From the human T2T-CHM13v2.0 reference genome, Homo sapiens: a stretch of DNA of 64,000 nucleotides. Made by a program: the position numbers and the translations under genes. Below the pieces are notes generated by a model. The model was not told the origin of the DNA. It worked only from the letters and a program-made list of their open reading frames with translations, and did not search any database. Shown piece after piece: positions 54,291-64,000 of this stretch. The DNA lies in assembly GCF_009914755.1 (NCBI RefSeq), contig NC_060937.1, one strand, 5' to 3'. Within the stretch, counting starts at the first letter, position 1. Every line of letters begins with the position of its first letter.

Positions 54291-55549
54291 AGAGATAGAT
54301 ATGGGTTTTAATCTTTGGTTTTCATCTGATTCATGAAACAAGATTATTTTGGGTTTTATTTTTCTATTACCATTGAGGCTACATAATAGTCACTTTAAGT
54401 TTAAAACAAGCATAAAGGTAAATGTGAAGAAGTGGGTTTATATTTAATAAGCACAAGAGATATTTGTCAATTGAATAAATAAATGACTGAATGAGTAGAT
54501 GAACTTCAGCAAGACATATTACATCTTTCCTAAATAGTGTCAGGTTGCATATAAAAATCAGCATCTACATATATTCTGAATTCAATTGAGAATAACATGT
54601 GATTCAGGAGTTAACAGTATTTCCCTGATGCTCAAAATCAGCATTAATGAGATTTAATATGAAAACAAACGAACAAAACTTTGGTTTAGGTTAAGAAAGC
54701 AAAATTAGTTTTATGATCTCGACAGTTCTCATAATGAAGATCAAACACATTAAGAAAGAAAAACATGCTAAAAAAGGAATAAAACAAAGTTACAGAGAGA
54801 TATGAGGCGGTTTTTGAAAAGCCAAAGATAAGTGCTTCAAAAATGTTTTTTTAAGCTCCCACTATGGCCTAGACATACGTTAGAAGTGAGCTTATAACCA
54901 TTCTTCCTCTTAAAGTGATGAGAGCTTCATTATTTTTCTTCTCTATTGATCTATTAGCACAAAGGTACATATCAAAAACTAAAACAAAACCCTAACTCAA
55001 ACAGCTGCTATATATTCACTATCATCAACCTCCATTTAAAACTGCAGAAATAATTGTAAGAAATCTCAAGTATCATGATATGTGAAATTATAATAACATT
55101 ATAATTTATAATAATAATAACATCTAATGGGCACCAGAAGAATACATCTTCACAAGAAGGAAATTTTAAGTGACATTAAATGGTGGACAGGTTTCCTCAA
55201 AAATAAAATAATAATCTAACCCACAGAACAATGTTTCAAGTTTTCAAATAATTGGCAGATATACTGGTAGATAGTTATTTTTATTTTTTCAGGTACAGTC
55301 ACTTTCTTTAGAAAATAATTCACACTAAAGCTGAGGAACATTTAGTCTGAATTCTAACCTCAGGCTTTTTTAGTATGAGAGTGACTGAGAGCAAAAGCAT
55401 CTTCTGCATGAAGGCCAAAGTGTGCTTTGATTGAATATGTTTCCTGGCACCCATGTAAAACATATACTCACTTGACTAACTTCAGAGCAGCAGGTTTTCA
55501 TTGAATCCATTCTTGCTCTATTAATCTTCAATACCTATTTCATAAAATT

Positions 55550-55685
55550 ATAGAATTTAGAGCCTAAAGGGTCTTTCTCTATTTCAACTCTGTCAATTTA
55601 CAGATACATAAACTAAGGTCTAGACAGGTTGAGAAACTTGCCCAAGGTTAAACAACTTCCTATTAACAGAGTGAAAACTAGGGTG
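55550..55685 (-). mobile_element. MIR/MIR3 core
   Basis: TTTACAGATACATAAACTAAGGTCTAGACAGGTTGAGAAACTTGCCCAAGGT. Confidence 0.75.
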
Positions 55686-55686
55686 A

Positions 55687-55815
55687 TCTCTCTCTCTCTC
55701 TCTGTGTCTCTCTCTCGCTCTCTATCTATCTATACACACACACACACGTATATATAAATATATGTGTATATATATATGTCTTTGTATATGTGTGTTTGTG
55801 TGTGTATATATATAT
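55687..55815. repeat. Compound (CT)/(TATC)/(CA)/(TA)/(TG) microsatellite
   Basis: Visible directly in the sequence. Confidence 0.93.
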
Positions 55816-57369
55816 CTCAACTTTGGAATAAATACATAATCACTCTCTAGTTTTGTCTGCCGGCACTATGTAATTGATTTTTCCAGGCTTTTGTACATAA
55901 AACTAATAAGATATAAATTGTTCTCTATAAAACAGTGAAATAATTTTATAACTCCAAATATATCCATAAATCTTATCTTGAGTTCAATCATATATGATAG
56001 GATGGGGGATAAATATAGATTTTTCTACAATATACTGTACTAACAAAAGAAAAGCAGGCGTTTTAAGTAAGCCAAGTTTTAATCTATTAATAGATGACAT
56101 TTCTCTATATCTCTTGGAATTTCTAAATTCTTTTAAAACTACAACAATTCCAAAATGTGAATCAGAATCAGAATCTAAGAACTATGATTTTGGAGACTCA
56201 GTTTTAAACAGTATATATTGTCTACTATTGTAAAGTTAATGTTTATGAAATTATGAAATCAGATGGCTTAAGAAGAAGAGAAGCATTTGAGAAGTCAGTG
56301 TTTCTTAAATGTAAGCTGGGCAATGGCAAACTTTTAACTTTCTATTTTAACAGTTTATTTTTCATCTTATAATCAAGACTGTTTTAAAAAAAAAACACTG
56401 TGAAACAAAAAAGTGTGATTACTTTTATTTTAGTATGTTTAATTAAATCTAAGGATAATTAATAATAATTGACTCCTATGAAATTGAATATGAATAATTT
56501 CATCAATGAACAAATACATTGAAAACATTAACAATGAATCTAAAGGCCAGTTGCTAGGTATCAAAACAGTATATTCATAAAATGTAGCAATGCATTATAT
56601 ATGTATTTAATGTTAATTTGATAAGCATGTTTTAAAGTTTTTCTCTTTTGATATATAGAAAAATACTAAAGAAAAAATATCTAGCAGTATTATTACCTCA
56701 AATATATGCATATATAAAATTAGGGTAATGTATACTCATTTTGTTTTCCTCACAAGCTCTAAACTTCCCCCACTCTGGGCTTACCTTGCAAACCATGAGG
56801 CAAGCTATGAGACTTATATACAAGTCATGACATCCTCTTGTTCATTAGCTAATGGTATTATTCTAGGTTTTTTCATTCTACTACTGTGCAAGTTGTTCCT
56901 AATGTTTTAAGAGGATGTTAACTTTGTATTTGGAATTATTTTCTTTAATTTGCTGCATTTTTAATCAAGTTAAGCTCCAGACATATCTTAAAGTCCCAAA
57001 GAAAATGCAGCAAATTAAAGAAAGTAATTCGAAGGAGCCTTCTTGTTAAACTGAAACCTAGATCAAATGGTGAGAGAACATTACATTCAGAGGATTTGCA
57101 AACTGTATTTCACAGTCTATTGGCCCCTTTATTCAATGTGTAAAACTAATAAAAATTGTTTTTGAAGTTAAGTAGACACTTGGCACTGCATGGTTTGAAA
57201 ACTATTGATTTAGTTCAATCCCATGGAATAATGATTCTTAACTATCTGTGGTAGAGTATTTTTTGTTTTAGCATTATTTTGTTTGCTTGTCCACTCTAAT
57301 ATTTTGTAAAATACAATAAAATTTAATAATTAAGAAAATTCAATGAAAAAATATACATTTTTAAGTTGT

Positions 57370-58090
57370 CCATTTTTAAAATTTTGTAATTGACAAGTAA
57401 AACTTGCATATACTTACGGTGTACAACGTGACGTTTTGAATGTGTATACATTTCTGAATGCCTAAATCAAACTATTTAACATATGCATAACCTTACATAC
57501 TTATATTTTGTGATGAGAACACTTCAAATCTACTGTCTTAGCAGTTTTCAAGTATATAATATATTGTGACTAACTATAGTCACTGTGATGTACAACAGAT
57601 ATCTTTAACTGGGTCCTTCTGTCTGAGAGAAATTTTGTACCCTTTGACCAACTTTCCCAAATCCCTCCACTACCTGACCTGTGGTAACCACCATTTTACA
57701 CTGCTTCTATGATTTTGACTACTTTAGATTCCACATCTAAGTGAGATCATTCAGTATTTTTCTATATGTGCCTAGTTTATTTCACTTAACCTAATTTACT
57801 CCAAGGTCTCCTGTGTTGTCACAGACGAAAGTATTTCATTCTTTTTTTTTAAGTTTGAATAGTATTCCATTGTCTATATACACCACACTTTCTTTATCCA
57901 TTCATCCGTTAATGAACACAGGTCGATTCTTCCATTGGTCAACATGTCTGTGTTCATGCCAGTTCCATGCTGCTTTGATTATTAGAGTTTTATAGTAGAT
58001 TTTAATATCAAGTAGTGTGATGTTCTTTTTGTCAAGTTTTGTTCTTTTGCTTAAGATTACTTTGGCTATTTGGAGTCTTTTGTGGTGACA
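57370..58090 (-). mobile_element. L1MA6/7-like 3' end with an internal deletion
   Basis: TAATTGACAAGTAAAA...GGTGTACAAC...GAGAACACTTCAAATCTAC. Discontinuity near 57930. Confidence 0.85.
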
Positions 58091-58800
58091 TTAGTACAAG
58101 AGAAGTTGTTCCTTACCCATGAAAAAATTAAGAAAAAATATAAACTTTATTTTGATTAGGTCAACTTATGTGTTTCCATAAAATGTATAAAATTTATGGC
58201 CATATTATTCTAAATATTAGATTTAATAAACCTTAAATAACATTGCAATCAATAAATCAGAAAAAAATTGCAGGGTAAAAAAAGTTAAATTATATGCATA
58301 GTTTATTGAAAGTACGCAAACAGATGTATAATTTAGAAAATTGTTATTACACAGATAACATTTTGTTGTTAGGGGTAAAGAAGGATTATACATTGTGCCT
58401 ATATGGCTATATGCTCACATTAAACACAATTTAATATCAATTAAATAAAAATGTAATTTATATTAAAATTTTTATGGAACAAGTCAGCTTTGTTTTGTTC
58501 AATTTATCTATTTAAATTAATTTTCATCTATTTTAATAGATGATTTGTTTATTGTAGGGATGCATAGTAACAATGTTGTTCACAAGGTATAATACATATT
58601 GAAAATTTTTCTGTGTTTTGTTCTAATAACTCATAGAGTAGAAACACCCATCTCACAGAGTTACCCTGTTGAGAATGGAAGATGTTTTAAAGAATTCAAG
58701 CAAAGTAAGGATATCATGTTTTATTTTGTTCAAAACAAAGGAAGCAATATTATGACTTTAAATATTTTATTACATTTTTGATTAGAAGTCAGTGTTATTC

Positions 58801-59106
58801 ATTTATTTATTTGTTTTTCATTTAGAGGGAGGGTCTTGCTCTGTCACTCAGACTGGAGTGCAGTGGCATCATTATAGCTCACTGCAAACTCAAATTCCTG
58901 GGCTCAGGCAAGCCTCCCACCATAGCCTCCTGAAAAGCTAGGACTATAGGCTCAGATCACCATGCCCAGCTAATTTTAAAAACTTTTTGGAGAGATGAAG
59001 TTCTCACTATGTTGCCCCAGCTGCTTTTGAACCCTTGGCCTCAAGCCGTCGTCCTGCCTTGGACTCTCAAAGTGCTGGGATTACAGGTGTGAACCATTCT
59101 GCCTGG
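58801..59106 (-). mobile_element. AluJ
   Basis: J-type ATAGCTCACTGCA, CCTGGGCTCA and CACTATGTTGCCC. Confidence 0.92.
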
Positions 59107-59229
59107 TGTGATTCTTGAATTTTTCTTCAGTGAAATTAATGAGTCATAATTTACAAACTAACCTTAAACTATCACATACTTTAACATGGTTATAACTGAA
59201 ATGATTAGTATGCCGTTCTTACTTCCAGT

Positions 59230-59435
59230 GACTCACCACACAATTTCAAAAACTCATCTGTACTTTTAATTAAAACAAACCCACTGATCACAGGCTTGCA
59301 TGTTTCAGCAGTGTCACATTGCTCTACAAGATTAGAAATGTTTAGTCTCAATTTATTTATATATCTTATCACAGTTTAATAATAAACAGTGTGCTGCCAC
59401 TGGTCTGCAGAACATATTTGAGTAGCACTAATGTA
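59230..59435. mobile_element. hAT-Charlie-type DNA transposon fragment
   Basis: Terminal motif GGTCTGCAGAACATATTTGAGTAGCACT resembles MER5/Charlie-family ends. Confidence 0.4.
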
Positions 59436-60249
59436 AAAACAACCAACCAAGTATCATTTGTGTGTTGGTATCTAGCTTTCATTCTCCCCTTCTCTCATTT
59501 AAATCCATTCAAATTTTCCTAGAAGAACAATTGTTCCCTCTCAATTTGGGTGGAATCAACCCATTTTCCAAACCCCATTTGGCCTATGCCAATCAGTGGA
59601 ATTCCATTCCCCACGCAAGGGTGTTGGTTCAAGTTTAGGTGCTTGGCAAAGTAGGCCCAATTAAATAAAGCTAAATTTAAAACAAAATTAATGGCCAAAA
59701 GATAAATACTCCCTCTATTAGGATGGATACAAAAATATGTGCCAGAAGTTATGACACCAGAAAGAAAGATGGCCATGGAATGAAGCCGTGACTGGAAAGG
59801 CAGAGTGAGGGATAGAAACCACACTCTGCCACATAATGTGGGTCTAACCACGTAATTTATCTTAATTAAAAATGCATGCATACAAAACAGCACTCTTTTT
59901 TTGTTGAAGTATAAACAAAACACCAAAATTCACAATAAATACATACATTAAAATGACTACCTATAACATAGAATGTAAAGGAGGATGGGAGTGCAAAATG
60001 GGGTTTAATGAAAAAAAAATTAAAGGAAATTTATATTGGAAACAATAAATGTAACTAACAAATCTCCAACACCTACTGTTACGTATAACTATACCTATGC
60101 CAATACGCATATGATATCTGTATCTATACTTATGGCTATAAATATAAAGGCAGGTGCTTGTTGATATTATTGAGCCATTGAATCAAATAAACCTTGAAAC
60201 TTGCCCCTGATTATAGAAAATACAAGGAGCCTGCAAACAGTGTAACATA

Positions 60250-61620
60250 TAGAATTCTGCTCTTGTGAACTTTAGTTCATTTTATAACTTCAAGGTAGCA
60301 ATTTTGTTTTGACTGTTAATCTTTGTTTATGTTAACTATGCATTTATTTCTTTTCCCTTCTTTTTTTTCCCAAATTTTCTATCTTTTTTTAGTTTCCTCC
60401 CTCTAGAAATATAACTTTCAAAATGTTCTTTAAAGGGAGCTGTCAATGGGAAAATCTGTTTTTCTGAAATTAAATTTATTTTAACTTTATTATAAGATAA
60501 TTAAATTCTAGGTTGAAAGTCATACTCTCTCAGCAAATTTAGAAGCACATTGTCCCACTATTGTCAGATTGACAATGATGAGAAAATAGATAGCAAATAT
60601 GACGTATTTTTGAAGATATTTTGTTCTCCTCTCCTAACCCCACTTCTATCTGCTTTTTACATTTCCTCTTTTTCTTTTTCAATCAGCAGTTTGTATCTGA
60701 TATTCTAGGTATGGATTCATTCTTACTTATCACTTTGTGAATTTCACTAGGATTTTAGCCTTTCTTCAGATATATCTGTAATTTCACAAATTCCTTTTCA
60801 ATTAGTTCCAAATCTGTATTAGAATTTTTTATTTTAAAATATTCACACATAAACATCTTGTTTTATTATTTTTTTAAACAGGTGGCCATTTTTAATATTT
60901 TTCTCTTGTGTGTTTTCCTTTCAACATATTAAGAACATATTTAATATATTTAATATTTTGTCACCGATGGTTATAGAATTTCTAGTCTTTGAGAGCCTAA
61001 CTATGCTCTATGTTGTTTCTGCTTGTTCTTATTCACAGTGTCTTTTTTGATGTTTACAATTTTTACTTTTACCTTCTATATTTAGGAACTTGATTTGACA
61101 AAATTTTGAGGTCTAGTTTGGAGATTAATTTCTCCAGAGAGAATTTGCATTTGTTATTTCCAGAATCTTGGTGATACTAATACACTGAAAATTCAGGAGG
61201 CAAATCCATATTAAAGGTGAACTTGTACATTTTTTTTTAAAGCTCTACTTAACTTCACGTTTTTGGTCAGAATATTTTATTTGGTGTCTTCTAAGTTTAA
61301 GTTTTATGTTTATTTCTTTTTTTATATACTTACACTAAGTGCGTCACCCTGGTCTTCCCAGCTTTGTGAATGGGCCAGGGAGAGGTGCTCTCACCTATTA
61401 GACTGCTTATTTTGGATGAATCCTGGCCTCCGCTTCTCCACAAACTTCGAGTTTATGAAAACTGAAATTTTATTTGATTCAGCTCAAAAAGTTATCTGTG
61501 TTCAACTTTCATTCAGTTTTTGCATAGTATATATCTTTGTGTTAGTTAACTAATATCTACCCTTTCACTGGGAGATTAGGCCAGGGTTCCAGGTAACACT
61601 TCTGCTAGAAATCAAAATCT
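60250..61620 (-). mobile_element. HAL1-like LINE relic
   Basis: TTTGAGGTCTAGTTTG...TCTCCAGAGAGAATTTGCATTTG plus T-rich antisense ORF1-like sequence. Confidence 0.6.
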
Positions 61621-61875
61621 CTCTTTTTATTCATTTTTAAAATATTTTCAATTTATTTTAAAGCGATAACTGAACTGAGATCCATATATGCATACTCTGG
61701 ATATTTTTGGAAGAAAAATTGGATATGTATGATTCAAAGTAATTTTATTTTGTATTATATTCTCTATGAGTGTGAGTGAGTCTCTTGACTACTGCGAGCT
61801 TACATATAGTTACCTGAGTATTTAGCAGTATCATTTGAATCTGGTCTTATGTTATTTCCCCTTAAGTGTTCTTGT

Positions 61876-61880
61876 ACACA

Positions 61881-61912
<32 letters not shown>
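61876..61912. repeat. (CA)n microsatellite
   Basis: CA run. Confidence 0.96.
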
Positions 61913-61914
<2 letters not shown>

Positions 61915-62597
61915 TAGATACACACAAAGTCTCTTAAAATGGTTTAAAATAAACTTTTTGTAAAATTGATAATGCTACTGATGAGAATAAACATGTCAAA
62001 GAAAGCAATTATTGTTAGCATAAAAATAAATAGGAATAAATATTACAATATTAAAAGCAGTCATAGCTTAAATTCCTGATGACATTTAAATGTTTTCAAG
62101 ATAATAGACTAAGTACAAAATTCTAGAGGAAGATAAGGTAGAGGTGAACAAAATCAGTGTTGGAAAACGAGCTTTCAGTGAAAACATCTTAAGAAGTTTT
62201 TCCGTAATGTTCTATGCATGCTTATTCTCCACTTTTAGATTCTAAAATAACCTTAGAAAAGTAGAGTGGAAGTAGAAAATCAGAGAGATATACTGATAAA
62301 TTAAAAATCATATTTTTGACATCTTCCTATTAAGTAGAAATTATTTGTTTTTCTACGTTAAAGCAAATACACTTACAAATGGCCTTTATGGACTTCAGAT
62401 AACTACCCATCTCAATACTGGTTATAATAATTCAAAGAGATGAGATTTAACATTTTTTGCTATATTTGTAGGTTAAACAGAAAGGTAGATTTTTTTATAA
62501 CTTATTTGTTTCATCCACAATCATATCAACTTTGTTGATGCAAAAATAGAATTCTTCTTGCCCAATATTTTATATAATGTTTGAGGAATGAAGTTAC

Positions 62598-62911
62598 CTT
62601 TTGCTGAATCCCTTTTTTGAAATAACTTTTGCAAATTAAATCTATGAACCTTTGCTGTCAATGTAACAGATAGCTGACATTGTCTCACGTTGTGAAATTT
62701 GCTCATCCAAAGTAGAAAGTGATGTAGAAAATGTTGAGTTTTTAGATTATTTGTTGACAGAAATGGAACATTCTGGAAATGAATCTGATCTACACATCCA
62801 GTACAATTCAGCTGATGTTTTATCAAATTTAGGCCATCAGAAAAAGATACTGAAGTCATTATTAAATGAATTGAACTTGGCAGCTCCATAGATACACTGC
62901 CCTACATGTAT
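62598..62911 (-). other. Candidate exon (314 nt) containing an ATG-initiated frame open through the donor
   Basis: Acceptor TTATTTTTCTTAATGCCATCTCTCTTTAG|; ATG at 62889; 97 open codons to donor AAG|GTAACT. No recognisable protein. Confidence 0.25.
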
Positions 62912-63266
62912 CTAAAGAGAGATGGCATTAAGAAAAATAAATTATTCTTTTAAAACTTGACTTTATCCCTCTTTAGCAGATATGCAAACCTACAGTATAA
63001 ATTGTTGTGCTATGTCTAAAATATAAAAGGAATGCAACAGAGCTACACAAGTTCATAATCAAATTGTTCCAAAATATAATCTGATCTACTATATTATTCT
63101 TTTTTTGGTTATTTAGAATACTGTTTAATGTATATTCTATTAAAAATGTGTAGCATAAACTCAGAATGTTATGACACCTCGTTCATTTTTCATTTATTAA
63201 TTTATAAGGAACAATGCATTTCTGCTCATACATGAAAATAATAAACCTAATTTTATTATATACGTG

Positions 63267-63667
63267 TGCTGTGGTTGAATGTGCTCTCCTCCAAAATTCA
63301 GGTGTTGAAACTTAATAGCCAATGTAATGGTATTAAGAAGGGAGGGGCTTTAAAAGATTATTAGGACACAGTGGCTCCTCCCTAGTTAACAAGATTAAAG
63401 CCCTTATAAAAGAAAGTTTTCATAGCTTTCTGCTAGCTTGCTCTTCTGCCTTCCACAATGGGAGGATAAAACTTTCCTCCCCTGAACAGATAAAGCAAGA
63501 AGGTGCCAACTTGGGAGCAGAGAGTAGCCCTTTCTTATAAGACAACTGAACCTACCAGTGCCTTAATCTTGGACTTCCTAGCTTCCAGAGCCATGAGAAA
63601 ATAAATTTATGTTTTTTATTAATTACCTGGTCTCAGATGTTTTGTTATAGCAGTACAGACTAAGACA
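63267..63667 (+). mobile_element. MSTC-like MaLR solo LTR
   Basis: TGCTGTGGTTGAATGTG...CCAAAATTCAGGTGTTGAAACTTAA...AATAAA...GACTAAGACA. Degenerate 5-bp TSD ACGTG/GTGTG. Confidence 0.9.
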
Positions 63668-64000
63668 GTGTGTTAATGAACCATCCTTCAAATTTGTGAT
63701 CCCTTAGTTGAATTTTGCAGGACGAATATGAATTTTTAAAATTATTTTCTACAATTTCTTTATATATTAGAGGATACAATTCAGATCATTGCTTTTGTTT
63801 ATTTTATATTATTAGCATTTAAAAACTCTTAATATTTTGTTATCTTTGTTGAACACACTGATTTATTGGAAGTAGGAATGACTTCATGAATGTAAAGTGA
63901 CAGAGAAATTATTAGATATTTTTTATTAGTTCATGCCCTAAAAATATTTTAATCTAAATAGTGTATTAAATTTAAGTCATTTTATAAGTCAGAATTTGTT

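Noticed and set aside
59519-59926. 135-aa minus-strand ORF
   Set aside because: Non-ATG start, no recognisable family and no convincing splice boundaries.

Overview
This is AT-rich primate (catarrhine/human-like) genomic DNA that looks intergenic or deep-intronic; it is not microbial. I find no supportable protein-coding gene, rRNA, tRNA or CRISPR array. The longer track ORFs mostly lie in Alu, L1 or LTR repeats or are of chance length. The window is dominated by interspersed repeats, identified by eye from remembered consensus sequences, so subfamily names are provisional. They include about 12 Alu/FLAM copies; several L1s (one twin-primed 5'-inverted L1PA15/16-like copy, and one ancient L1M 5' end with a ~140-bp monomer array); L2, MIR and HAL1 relics; and many solo LTRs (MER61, LTR12, LTR27-like, MER41B, MER21, MER89/90-like, MLT1/MLT2, LTR16, MSTC). 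The most notable items are: (i) an ERV1 LTR cluster at 2-14 kb carrying an NF-Y CCAAT array, an 18/20 p53 element and drifted STAT sites; (ii) several strong plus-strand exon candidates, mostly non-coding, that could form an LTR12-initiated lncRNA; (iii) a splice-bounded minus-strand exon candidate at 62.6-62.9 kb with open frames on both strands; and (iv) several local templated duplications. The sequence alone does not demonstrate a new biological system.
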